Positions 34,032 to 42,843 of a DNA stretch of 61,605 bases are shown here, piece after piece (positions within the stretch are counted from its first letter, which is position 1; the number at the start of each line of letters is the position of its first letter). The notes below the pieces were generated by a model that had not been told where the DNA came from, ran no database searches, and worked only from the letters and a program-made list of their open reading frames with translations. A program made the position numbers and the translations under genes. The DNA is from Patescibacteria group bacterium (GTDB lineage Bacteria; Patescibacteriota; Gracilibacteria; JAHISY01). Location: positions 1 to 61,605 of the forward strand of contig JAZDPN010000064.1 in the NCBI GenBank assembly GCA_043797545.1, read 5' to 3'.

Positions 34032-34056
34032 GAAATACAGGCAAAATTGCGACTTC

Positions 34057-35094
34057 GTGAAAAAATCCATTCTTGAAAAAATCGATTTTGTGTCCGGTGG
34101 CGGGCGCTTCGCAATCGCAATCGCCCGGGTCGTCGCGCTGAACAATCCCGAACTCGCCGTCCAGATTTTGCTGCGTTATCCAGAGTACGTCGAAGCAGCA
34201 CAAAAAGGAAATTTCGATCATTTTTTCCCAGGAATTCGTCAAAATGTAGAAATCCCGAGGAATCTTTTTTTCTCGACGAACAAAGATTTCGCGAATATCG
34301 ATCCGGAGACGCTGAAATATTTTTTTATGGCCTATCCCGCACAAGACACTCCAGAAGCTTTGCAAAATCTCAAAGCGATGAATTTGCCCGCGCTGCTGAA
34401 TTGTCTTTTTCTCAGCGGGACGAAAGGCATCGTGATCAAAACTCGCCAATTGATGAGTCAGCTTTTGAAAGAAAAACTTCCGGGTTCATCAGAAAAAATC
34501 GCGGTTATGGTCGGACCGAATATCGCGGCCGATATTTTCGAAGGTGCCCCGGTCGTGAGTACGATCGCCGGTCCGCCCGCGACGACCGGAGAATTCGCGA
34601 AACTTTTTGCCGGGTCACCGATTTTGCGAGCGCACGAATCAGAGGAAATTTTAGGACTCGATTTTGCCGGAGTGATTAAAAATATTCATTCGATCGCGTT
34701 CGGAATCGCGCTCACATTCGGCCTACACGCATCTACTGTCGGAACAATTATGCAAGGTGCATTGCGAGAATTGGACAGCTTCGTCGCGGGATTCGGGTGC
34801 GATCGAAGCGCGGTATCGATCGGAATGAGCGGCGATTATCAACTCGCACTGTCCGGCGCGACTCGCAACGCGAAAGCTGGAATTGAATTCGCGCAAACTG
34901 GCAAACTGCCGGAAAATTATTTGGTCGAAGGCGTATTTTCACTCCCAATCATTCTCGAGCTGGCCCGCGAAAAAAATATTCGAATGCCGATCGTCGAAAT
35001 GCTCAACGAAGTTTTGAATAACGGGGTCAAACCGCAAAAAGCGCTCGAAGAATTAATTCGTTTTGGTCGCGATACCTACCGACTAAATTCATAA
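34057..35094 (+). CDS. gpsA: NAD(P)H-dependent glycerol-3-phosphate dehydrogenase-like protein
   Basis: GpsA layout (MVGPNIAADI, AGVIKNIHSIAFGIA, C-terminal helical domain). The N-terminal dinucleotide motif is degenerate. Divergent from pgsA. Confidence 0.75.
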   Translation: MKKSILEKIDFVSGGGRFAIAIARVVALNNPELAVQILLRYPEYVEAAQKGNFDHFFPGIRQNVEIPRNLFFSTNKDFANIDPETLKYFFMAYPAQDTPEALQNLKAMNLPALLNCLFLSGTKGIVIKTRQLMSQLLKEKLPGSSEKIAVMVGPNIAADIFEGAPVVSTIAGPPATTGEFAKLFAGSPILRAHESEEILGLDFAGVIKNIHSIAFGIALTFGLHASTVGTIMQGALRELDSFVAGFGCDRSAVSIGMSGDYQLALSGATRNAKAGIEFAQTGKLPENYLVEGVFSLPIILELAREKNIRMPIVEMLNEVLNNGVKPQKALEELIRFGRDTYRLNS

Positions 35095-36273
35095 TTTCTT
35101 GAAATTCGCGCGAATGAATTTCGTCGCTTTGGCCGGCTCATAAATTCCGTCTTTTTCGAAAGTCACGATTTTTTCGTCGTACAAAGTTTTCGGCGCTTCG
35201 CGACCGAGAATCTGGACATTGCCTTTGTAAAGTCCGAGCCGCACTTTGCCCGTCACTTTTTGACGCAATTTGTCGATCTGTTTCGCGAGCGCGATGCGAC
35301 GCTTCGAATACCAAAAACCGTTGTACACGAGCTCGGCATATTCCGCGGAAATGCGATCGCGCGCGTGCAGCTCGTCTTTCGGGACGGTCAAACTCTCGAC
35401 GGCGCGCAGCGCGGTGAAAAGAATCGTCCCGCCCGGCGTCTCGTACACTCCCCGACTCTTCATCCCGATGAAGCGATTTTCAACCAAATCAACTCGGCCA
35501 ATTCCGTTTTCTCCGCCGAGTTCGTTCAGTTTTTTGAAAATGTCGAGCGCGGGCATTTTTTGACCGTTCAATTTTGTCGGCACGCCTTTTTCGAGCTCGA
35601 GCTCGATCTCGGTCGTGCGGTCCGGCGCGCGCTGCGGCGAAACCGTCAATTCGAACATTTCCTCCGGCGGCGTGAGATTCGGATTTTCGAGAATCCCCGC
35701 CTCGTACGAAATGTGCAGTAAATTTTCATCCGAACTCCACGGCTTCGATTTCGACGCTTTGATCGGCAGTCCGTGCTTCGCGGCGTAATCAATCATCAAA
35801 TTGCGGCCGCCGAGTTTTTTGTAAAACTCCGGCTCGCGCCACGGAATGTACGGTTTCAATTTCGGTGCAAGCGCGTGGTAGGTCAATTCGAAACGCACCT
35901 GGTCGTTGCCTTTGCCCGTCGCGCCGTGCGAAAGAAATTGCGCGCCTTCTTTTTTCGCGACTTCGACCTGTGCTTTCGCGATCAAAGGTCGCGCGACTGA
36001 AGTCCCGAGCAAATAGTAATTTTCGTATTTCGCGGCCGACCATTGTAAAGGCAGGATGAAATCACGGAGAAATTCCTGCTGCAAATCGAGACAGACGAAT
36101 TTCGTAATTCCGGTCTTTTTCGCCCGCTCGCGAATCACATCAAGGTCTTCGACTTTTTGGCCGAGGTCAGCGAGACAGCCAATCACTTCGAAACCTTTTT
36201 GGATGAGGAAGTGGGCAATCACGGTCGTATCGAGACCCCCCGAATAGGCCAGCACCATTTTTTTATTAGGCAT
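35089..36273 (-). CDS. argG: argininosuccinate synthase
   Basis: MVLAYSGGLDTTV, HGATGKGNDQVRFE and ENRFIGMKSRGVYETPGG are typical of ArgG. Confidence 0.95.
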   Translation of the reverse strand: MPNKKMVLAYSGGLDTTVIAHFLIQKGFEVIGCLADLGQKVEDLDVIRERAKKTGITKFVCLDLQQEFLRDFILPLQWSAAKYENYYLLGTSVARPLIAKAQVEVAKKEGAQFLSHGATGKGNDQVRFELTYHALAPKLKPYIPWREPEFYKKLGGRNLMIDYAAKHGLPIKASKSKPWSSDENLLHISYEAGILENPNLTPPEEMFELTVSPQRAPDRTTEIELELEKGVPTKLNGQKMPALDIFKKLNELGGENGIGRVDLVENRFIGMKSRGVYETPGGTILFTALRAVESLTVPKDELHARDRISAEYAELVYNGFWYSKRRIALAKQIDKLRQKVTGKVRLGLYKGNVQILGREAPKTLYDEKIVTFEKDGIYEPAKATKFIRANFKKL

Positions 36274-36283
36274 TTGAAAAAAA

Positions 36284-36478
36284 TTAAATTGATAATTGAG
36301 TCAAAAAATAAGCTGAGATTGCAATTAGGGCGATGGAAACAATTATAAAAATCCAGGCAATAACCCTGATGCGCGGAGAAATATAGGAATAGCTAAAAGC
36401 ATGGTGCACCGCAAAACCAGCAAAAATCAGAAAGGCGGTTAGCAGCAGTCCGTAAAGAATATAGATTGCGGTTTGCAC
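36284..36478 (-). CDS. small 2-TM membrane protein (64 aa)
   Basis: Two clear hydrophobic helices. GTG start 7 nt after a TGCTAAAAT element. Lies 10 nt upstream of argG. Confidence 0.5.
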   Translation of the reverse strand: MQTAIYILYGLLLTAFLIFAGFAVHHAFSYSYISPRIRVIAWIFIIVSIALIAISAYFLTQLSI

Positions 36479-36485
36479 GAAGTTG

Positions 36486-36494
36486 ATTTTAGCA
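36486..36494 (-). promoter_or_regulatory. extended -10 (TGCTAAAAT) 7 nt before the GTG at 36478 (leaderless geometry)
   Basis: Minus strand reads TTTGCTAAAAT-CAACTTC-GTG. Confidence 0.55.
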
Positions 36495-36606
36495 AATCAG
36501 CTGGAACTTCCCCAAAGAGAGGGGTTATGCTGACCAATTAATCTCTTTTATTGAAATAATTTTACTTTTTCGGCAAGCCGGGACGTTTGAAAAACAAGCC
36601 TAAAGC

Positions 36607-36615
36607 TGCTAAAAT
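36607..36615 (+). promoter_or_regulatory. extended -10 (TGCTAAAAT) upstream of the ATG at 36638
   Basis: The motif lies inside the 5' end of track ORF 36587..37867, which argues for the downstream ATG as the true start. Confidence 0.5.
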
Positions 36616-36637
36616 CCCCGGATTTAAAAACATAAAA

Positions 36638-37867
36638 ATGCAAAACAAAAATCCTGGTCGTTTCCTCAAAGTTGCGGCCTTTACTCTGGGTCTCGGCATC
36701 ATGGTCGCTGGCACATTTGCCAATGAAAAAAATGCCGGCACTGTGGCAAGTTTCGATGCGAATCTGAATGCGGCCAGCGCGACCGCGATTGATTCCGCGA
36801 TCCCGAATAAAATCGGCGTGTGTGAACAAACCGCGACCGCCCAGGCCAATCAGAAAATCATAGCTAGCGCCGCAAACCTCGATACCATCCTGACTGGCGC
36901 GACCGAGCTGGAGTCCAAATTTATCGAGCCGATCCAGACTGCGATCGCAGCCCAGCGCCTCGAGATGCAAATCATCGAGCCGGGCAAGCGGTATGAATTT
37001 TTGGTGAAAGACGGCCAAACCGCTTTTTGGAAATGCGTCTTGTCAAATAATGCCTTGCTGGGCGATGTCGCCGACACGAATCTCGCTAGCGCTTTCCTGA
37101 GCCAAGCCGATATTTTCGCCAAGGAAATTAAAAAAATCGGCTATGCGATCGGATCCGCGAAAGAGGTTGATCAATTTTTGAATTTCGTGAATACACCTGA
37201 CGGCGAACCAGTTCTCGAGACTACGATTTTAAATTCGAGCGGAGCAGTCTTTTTCAAAGTTTTTGAAACTGAGCTGCCGAACTTCGAGAAATATAATGAT
37301 TTGCGCCAGGCGCTACGCGACCGGGTCGGTGTGACCAATTTGCGGCCAGCTGTTTTCGGCGCGGAGTCGTATTACTGGATGTGGGGCGAGAATGACAAAA
37401 TGGCAGCCAGCGTTTTCACGGCTGGCGGCAAAGTCTTCGGCGTCAGTTATCAAACCGCTCACTTCAAATCAATCCGCCGTGCGATCGATATCTTGCAAGC
37501 CGACTTCGATTTACTTGAGAAAAAAGTCGAGCTGGTGAAAAAGTCCAATGGCCGCTTCAAAGATTTGACGATCGGGGAATTTGAAAAGCTCACGGAAGAT
37601 GATCTAGGACCGGACCTCGTGCGCAAGCTCAAGGCGCTCGATACACCCAAGGTCGATGCCAATAGTCTCAAAGTCGATCTGCTGGAGTCCGAGCCGGCCG
37701 CCCTGATGCAGACTGAGCCAGCGGCAGCTGCAGCCGAGCCCGTCGAGGAATCGCCCCTGGCTAAATTCGAAAAAGCTCAGGCCACTGACCCGGCTCCCCT
37801 GCCTATCCCAGCCGAGGCCGGACAAGTCTTGGAAAATACGACCGCGCCAATACCGGCCAGTCTCTAG
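36638..37867 (+). CDS. secreted hypothetical protein (409 aa)
   Basis: MQNKNPGRFLKVAAFTLGLGIMVAGTFA is a signal peptide. No recognisable domain. Acidic/Pro-rich C-terminus. Confidence 0.6.
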   Translation: MQNKNPGRFLKVAAFTLGLGIMVAGTFANEKNAGTVASFDANLNAASATAIDSAIPNKIGVCEQTATAQANQKIIASAANLDTILTGATELESKFIEPIQTAIAAQRLEMQIIEPGKRYEFLVKDGQTAFWKCVLSNNALLGDVADTNLASAFLSQADIFAKEIKKIGYAIGSAKEVDQFLNFVNTPDGEPVLETTILNSSGAVFFKVFETELPNFEKYNDLRQALRDRVGVTNLRPAVFGAESYYWMWGENDKMAASVFTAGGKVFGVSYQTAHFKSIRRAIDILQADFDLLEKKVELVKKSNGRFKDLTIGEFEKLTEDDLGPDLVRKLKALDTPKVDANSLKVDLLESEPAALMQTEPAAAAAEPVEESPLAKFEKAQATDPAPLPIPAEAGQVLENTTAPIPASL

Positions 37868-37895
37868 GAGTCCGATTCGAGAATCGGTTGAGAAC

Positions 37896-37904
37896 TGCTA
37901 AAAT
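37896..37904 (+). promoter_or_regulatory. extended -10 (TGCTAAAAT) upstream of aspS
   Basis: Lies 18-21 nt before the TTG at 37923 / ATG at 37926. Preceded by the hairpin CCGATTC-GA-GAATCGG (37872-37887). Confidence 0.5.
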
Positions 37905-37922
37905 CAGGCAGCTTTAATTTTT

Positions 37923-40163
37923 TTGATGCTGCAAACTTTTTACCGTTCACACTCGTGCAATGATTTGACCGAGAAAAATCTCGACGAAAAAATCAAACTC
38001 GTCGGCTGGGTCGATCGCCGCCGCGATCACGGCGGACTGATTTTCATCGACTTGCGCGACCGCTACGGCATCACGCAAATCGTGACTGACCCGGAGATTT
38101 CCGGCGCGGCGCACAAAACTTTTGAGAAAGTGCGTCCGGAATGGGTTTTGCAAATCGAAGGCAAAGTCCGCGCGCGTCCGGCCGGTCAGGAAAACGCAAG
38201 GATGGCGACGGGAAAAATTGAAATTTTGGTTTCGGGTGTGAAAGTTTTGAACGAAGCCGAGACTCCGCCTTTCGAGATTGCCGAGGAAAATGATGAAAAC
38301 GAAGAAATTCGGCTGAAATATCGTTATCTTGATCTACGCCGAAAACGCTTACAAAAAAATATCGTTCTTCGCCACAAGCTACTTCAGGCGACGCGGAAAT
38401 ATTTTTACGAGCAAAATTTCGTCGAGATCGAAACGCCGATTCTCATCAAAGGGACGCCGGAGGGCGCGCGCGAATATCTCGTCCCGAGTCGCGTGCATCC
38501 GGGAAAATTTTATGTGCTACCGCAGTCGCCGCAGCAGCTGAAACAGCTATCGATGGTCGCGGGTTTCGATCGCTACATGCAGATCGCGCGCTGTTTTCGC
38601 GACGAAGATCAACGCGGCGATCGCCAGCCGGAGTTCACGCAAATGGATTTGGAAATGAGTTTTGTGAATTCGGATGATGTGATGGATGTGAATGAAAAGG
38701 CTCTAATCTCGGTAACGCAAGAGTGTCGGCCGGACGCGCAATTGAAGTTCGCGAAATTTCCGCGACTTTCTTTCGACGACGCGATGAATAAGTACGGAAG
38801 CGACAAACCGGATTTGCGTTACGAACTCGAAATCGTCGATATCACCGCAGAAACGCGCGGCTGCGGTTTCGGGATTTTCGCGAATGCGGCAGTCGTGAAA
38901 GTTTTGAAAGTTCCCGGCGGCGCGAAATTCAGTCGGAAAGATATCGAGGAATTGACCGATGCAGCGAAAATTTACGGCGCGAAAGGACTCGCGTGGATCA
39001 AGGTCGCGGAAAAATTCGAGGGCGTGCCGGTCGAAAAATTGGGTCAAGATTTGACGAAAAAGATTGCCGAAAAATGCGGCGCGGTGAAAGAAGACATTTT
39101 GCTTTTCGCGGCGGATGAATGGGAAACCGTTTGCACTTCGCTCGGCGCAGTGCGCATCGAGTCGGCGAAAAAATTGGGCTTGCTCGACGGCAAAGAAAAC
39201 GAATTCGCATTTTGCTGGATTACCGATTTCCCGATGTTTGCGAAAGATGCGGAAACTGGCGAGCTCGCGTCGATGCATCACCCCTTCACCCGTCCGAAAA
39301 ATCCGGCGGATCTCGACAGCGATCCGCTGAAAGCGAAAGCTGAGGCGTACGATGTCGTGCTGAACGGCTACGAAATCGGCGGCGGCTCGGTGCGGATTCA
39401 CGAGCGCGATCTACAAAAAAAGATTTTCGACATTTTGAAAATCTCGGACGAAGATGCCGAGCGTCGTTTCGGACACATTTTGAAAGCGTTCAGCTTCGGC
39501 GCGCCGCCGCACGGAGGGATCGCGTGGGGGCTCGATCGCATTGCGATGCTTTTCGCCGGCGAACCGAACATTCGCGAGGTGATCGCCTTCCCGAAGACAA
39601 ACAAAGCCGAGGATCTCATGCTGTCCGCGCCGGATGTCCTGCCCGCGGCGCAGCTCGCGGAGGCAAATATTCGCTCAACCGCGGATGGGAAAAAATCGAA
39701 ACGCGACATTTTCGCGGAGATCGTCGAGCTTTTGAATTCGCGCAAAATTAAATTTGAAAAACTCGAACACGCCGCGGTCAAAACTTCGGCGGAGGCGGCG
39801 AAAGTCCGCGGGACGACGCTCGAACAAGCTGCCCGCGCGCTCGTTTGGAAAACTGAAAACGGCTTTATTCAAAGTGTTTGCTCGGCGGCGCGAGAAGTCG
39901 ACGAGGCGCAATTGAAAAAAGTCGCGGGCGTGCAGAAACTCGAGCTCGCAAAACCGGAGGAGGTGAAAAAAATCACCGGCTGCGAGATCGGCTGTGTCCC
40001 GCCGTTCGGGAATATTTTCGATTTACCAGTTTTCGTCGACAAGTCGCTTGAGTCGGAAAAGATAATCGTCTTCAATGCCGGCGAGCACACGAAGTCGATC
40101 AAAATGCCGTTCGCCGATTATTTGAAAATCATCGGTGGGAAGACGAGTGAGTTTGCGAAATAA
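37923..40163 (+). CDS. aspS: aspartyl-tRNA synthetase fused to a C-terminal YbaK/ProX-type aminoacyl-tRNA deacylase domain
   Basis: Bacterial-type AspRS (OB fold, motif 2 FRDEDQRGDRQPEFTQMDLEMSF, GAD insertion, motif 3 GGIAWGLDRIAMLF) ends near aa 590. An extra 153 aa follow, with a YbaK-like pattern (..LEHAAVKTSAEAA...GCEIGCVPPFG..VFVD..L...IVFNAGE). Confidence 0.9.
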   Translation: MMLQTFYRSHSCNDLTEKNLDEKIKLVGWVDRRRDHGGLIFIDLRDRYGITQIVTDPEISGAAHKTFEKVRPEWVLQIEGKVRARPAGQENARMATGKIEILVSGVKVLNEAETPPFEIAEENDENEEIRLKYRYLDLRRKRLQKNIVLRHKLLQATRKYFYEQNFVEIETPILIKGTPEGAREYLVPSRVHPGKFYVLPQSPQQLKQLSMVAGFDRYMQIARCFRDEDQRGDRQPEFTQMDLEMSFVNSDDVMDVNEKALISVTQECRPDAQLKFAKFPRLSFDDAMNKYGSDKPDLRYELEIVDITAETRGCGFGIFANAAVVKVLKVPGGAKFSRKDIEELTDAAKIYGAKGLAWIKVAEKFEGVPVEKLGQDLTKKIAEKCGAVKEDILLFAADEWETVCTSLGAVRIESAKKLGLLDGKENEFAFCWITDFPMFAKDAETGELASMHHPFTRPKNPADLDSDPLKAKAEAYDVVLNGYEIGGGSVRIHERDLQKKIFDILKISDEDAERRFGHILKAFSFGAPPHGGIAWGLDRIAMLFAGEPNIREVIAFPKTNKAEDLMLSAPDVLPAAQLAEANIRSTADGKKSKRDIFAEIVELLNSRKIKFEKLEHAAVKTSAEAAKVRGTTLEQAARALVWKTENGFIQSVCSAAREVDEAQLKKVAGVQKLELAKPEEVKKITGCEIGCVPPFGNIFDLPVFVDKSLESEKIIVFNAGEHTKSIKMPFADYLKIIGGKTSEFAK

Positions 40164-40202
40164 AATCGGCAACCTCTAATTTGCAGACCGTTTTCAATAA
40201 AC

Positions 40203-40619
40203 TTATTGCCGAGGAGTTTTCGCAGCTTTAGCTGGGACAAACTTGAAATTTTTTGCTGGAAACTCTCCCTTTTGTAGACCAGCTTGCAATTTTTTCATAT
40301 CGGGAGTGACTCCAGCCGGGATATTGCACTCTATAACAACATCGGGAAATTTTCCCGGAACTAAACCTTTAAACTGTTGAGTGATATTTGGTTGACCTTC
40401 CTGAATATTATCCATACTAACTCCAGGAAAACCAGCAGCCCTTACGGCATCAAGCACTTGTATGCTGTGAGCAAAACCTCCCAAACCTTGGCGGTCATCG
40501 GTACCTTTAAAAACCACTCTCAAAGTTTGAGTCGGCTGCAAGGTTCTTTCGACTGCCTGTCTAGCGATATATTGTGGTCCTTTCAAAGGATCTAGACTTC
40601 GTGGAGTTTCTTTAGACAT
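40203..40619 (-). CDS. hypothetical protein (138 aa)
   Basis: ATG ORF in an AT-richer islet downstream of the GGDEF gene. No known motif. Confidence 0.5.
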   Translation of the reverse strand: MSKETPRSLDPLKGPQYIARQAVERTLQPTQTLRVVFKGTDDRQGLGGFAHSIQVLDAVRAAGFPGVSMDNIQEGQPNITQQFKGLVPGKFPDVVIECNIPAGVTPDMKKLQAGLQKGEFPAKNFKFVPAKAAKTPRQ

Positions 40620-40695
40620 TTTAAATTGGGTTAATATCTTTTGGATTTTAACTTAAATTTTTTTAAATGTCAAGATGTTGGTTTGCGAAATAAAA

Positions 40696-41400
40696 TTAAG
40701 CCGTCGTAACTTCACCAGATCCAGTTTTTCCGTCGCAAACAACAACTTTATTGCGTCCAGCATCTTTAGCCTCGTAAAGTTTGTCATCAGCTCGTTTCCG
40801 AAGCTGTTCTGCTGTCTCTTTTGGCAACCTCTGAGCAACGCCCAAGCTAGCCGTTGCAGTGAGAATCTTATTCTCACCTGTTTTTGGATCTTTAAAATTA
40901 ACTTCCATATTTTCGATTTTCTTACGTAATTTTTCAGCAATCGCTTGAGCGTCTTCCAAATCGGTGTTCGGCAAAATAATTGCAAGTTCGTCACCGCCAG
41001 TACGCGCCACAATGTCTGTATTGCGCACAGCACATTTGAGCAAAGCCGCTATATCTTTTAAAAATTTGTCCCCGGCAAGGTGACCGCCGAAGTTATCATT
41101 AATAATTTTGAAATGATCAATATCGATTACTATAATCGATAATGACTTGTCAGTTTCTCTTTCTTGGACAGCAATTTCTCGATCAAGACTAAGAGAAAAA
41201 CAACGAAGATTATGCAATTCTGTCAAACCGTCGATCATAGATTTATCATTAAGGTCACGAAACATAGCAGCGATTCCTGCACGGTTTTTTCTTCTCAGTT
41301 TTAAAAGCGTCAATAATTGATCTTCCGGCAAATCGGGAAACTCTTGTTTGAACTTAATAAGCTTACGACTCAAAAGACGCTCTTTAATTTTAAAATCCAT
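40696..41400 (-). CDS. diguanylate cyclase (GGDEF domain, GGDEL variant) without sensor domain
   Basis: DGLTELHNLRCF..., IIVIDIDHFKIINDNFGGHLAGD, RNTD I-site positioned 5 residues before ARTGGDELAIILP. Confidence 0.85.
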   Translation of the reverse strand: MDFKIKERLLSRKLIKFKQEFPDLPEDQLLTLLKLRRKNRAGIAAMFRDLNDKSMIDGLTELHNLRCFSLSLDREIAVQERETDKSLSIIVIDIDHFKIINDNFGGHLAGDKFLKDIAALLKCAVRNTDIVARTGGDELAIILPNTDLEDAQAIAEKLRKKIENMEVNFKDPKTGENKILTATASLGVAQRLPKETAEQLRKRADDKLYEAKDAGRNKVVVCDGKTGSGEVTTA

Positions 41401-41407
41401 GACCGAT

Positions 41408-41416
41408 AGTTTACCA
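41408..41416 (-). promoter_or_regulatory. extended -10 (TGGTAAACT) 7 nt before the GGDEF ATG (leaderless geometry)
   Basis: Minus strand reads TGGTAAACT-ATCGGTC-ATG. Confidence 0.45.
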
Positions 41417-41447
41417 CTAAACTTTATTTATGCAAGTCCACTCTGAA

Positions 41448-42656
41448 TTATTTTGTTTTCTTCTTGGCGATTTTTTTCTCTTCGTTTTTTTCAATCACTA
41501 AATCCAATCTTTTCGCCTGAAATTCCCGGATTTTTTCAAGGATTTTGCCTGATTCGCTTTCAACTTTTTTATTTGGGATCTTGAAACCGGCTGCCGCGTG
41601 ATGTCCGCCTCCGCCGAAAATTCCTGCGATTTCCGCCGCCGAAACAGCTGGGGTCGTCGTTCGAATGCTGCCTGAAACGGTTGCATCTCTTTGTTTGAGC
41701 AAAACAACCACCTCCGCGCCCGGCGCGTGCGAAAGCAGCTCGTCAATCAAACCATCGGTTTCCTCGATGTTTGCGCCCGCCGCACGGAAATCACTTTCCG
41801 TGATCGCGCTCCAAACGATACGATGGACCTGATCAAATTCAATTTTTGCCAAAGCCATCCCCCAAAGCTTCAGGGTCGAAAGCTGCTTTGTCTTGTAAAC
41901 ATGGCGAATGATTTCTTGCTGGCGCGCCCCCGCTTCGATCAAGTCTGCTGATAATTCGAAACTCCTGGGGGTCGTATTGGAATTTTGGAACGAACCGGTA
42001 TCGGTGATAATCCCAGTCAAAATCAAAGTCGCGACATCCTCGTCGAGCAATTTTTTGTTGAATTCAGACTCGAGCGAGCGCAGCACACGCAGGACTAATT
42101 CCGAACTTGAAGCTGCCGTAGTGTCGACGAAATTAACTTTACCGAAACCGGTATTGCTCGCGTGGTGATCGATATTGATCACCGGAGTTTCGTAAAAAAG
42201 ATTCGGATTCGCTTCGAAAAGTCGACCGAGCTGCGGTAAATCCGGGACATCGACGCAAACGATCAGATCGAAATCCGCCTCCCCGACCGCGAATTCGATT
42301 TCGTCGCGCGTGAACGGCGCGCCGCCGACTGGCCGGACGGAAATCTTCAAAACCCCGTCTTCGATTTTCGAAAAAACTTCAGCCGACTCACGATCTTTCA
42401 AGGAAAAATTCAGGACAAGATCATTCGCTCCAGCAATCGCCGTCTCAAAATTTTCTAGCGCCGGAAGAAAATCATAAAGCGCTGGGACCGGATCGGCCGC
42501 AGCTGCAATCGCACTTTTATCTAATTTTCGTAAAGCCAATAAAAGCGCCAGCGCACTTCCGATCGCGTCGCCGTCCGGATTTTGGTGTCCAAGAATCAAG
42601 ACTTTGCCGCTTTGGCGGATTAGATTGACGACTTGCTGGAGCGGGGTGGAGCTCAA
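41448..42656 (-). CDS. nrnA: DHH/DHHA1 phosphoesterase (NrnA-like nanoRNase / pAp phosphatase)
   Basis: ILGHQNPDGDAIGSALAL, NIDHHASN, GIITDTGSF, GGGGHHAAAGF. Lys-rich C-terminal tail. TTG start. Confidence 0.85.
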   Translation of the reverse strand: MSSTPLQQVVNLIRQSGKVLILGHQNPDGDAIGSALALLLALRKLDKSAIAAAADPVPALYDFLPALENFETAIAGANDLVLNFSLKDRESAEVFSKIEDGVLKISVRPVGGAPFTRDEIEFAVGEADFDLIVCVDVPDLPQLGRLFEANPNLFYETPVINIDHHASNTGFGKVNFVDTTAASSSELVLRVLRSLESEFNKKLLDEDVATLILTGIITDTGSFQNSNTTPRSFELSADLIEAGARQQEIIRHVYKTKQLSTLKLWGMALAKIEFDQVHRIVWSAITESDFRAAGANIEETDGLIDELLSHAPGAEVVVLLKQRDATVSGSIRTTTPAVSAAEIAGIFGGGGHHAAAGFKIPNKKVESESGKILEKIREFQAKRLDLVIEKNEEKKIAKKKTK

Positions 42657-42758
42657 AATTGTTTAGATTTAAGCGGAGATTCTAACTTTTTAATAAATCT
42701 TTTCAAAATTTATCCTGGTATTTTACCATCATAAAAAGTAAAAGTCAAGGTCTATTTT

Positions 42759-42787
42759 TTGCTGATCGGCTCGGCTTTTCCTAGAAT
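42759..42787 (+). promoter_or_regulatory. candidate rpsF-ssb-rpsR promoter (TTGCTG-N17-TAGAAT)
   Basis: Hexamers with 17-nt spacing. Leaves a ~50-nt 5' UTR before rpsF. Confidence 0.45.
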
Positions 42788-42843
42788 CTCGCCGCTTTTT
42801 TGGGGCTCGTCTAATCGGGTCTCAATTTAATTCCACAAAAAGC

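Noticed and set aside
34016-34201. N-terminal extensions in the ORF track, for example pgsA from 34201
   Set aside because: The extension is Arg-rich, overlaps the divergent gpsA start, and lies upstream of the -10 element. The same logic shortened ybaB (10033), the receiver (29499), hsp20 (48364), the epimerase (33009), valS (52675), the four-helix-bundle gene (49988) and the secreted protein (36638).
40653-41033. 126-aa minus-strand ORF overlapping the GGDEF gene
   Set aside because: It lies out of frame within the 3' half of the motif-supported diguanylate cyclase gene, and its translation has no features.
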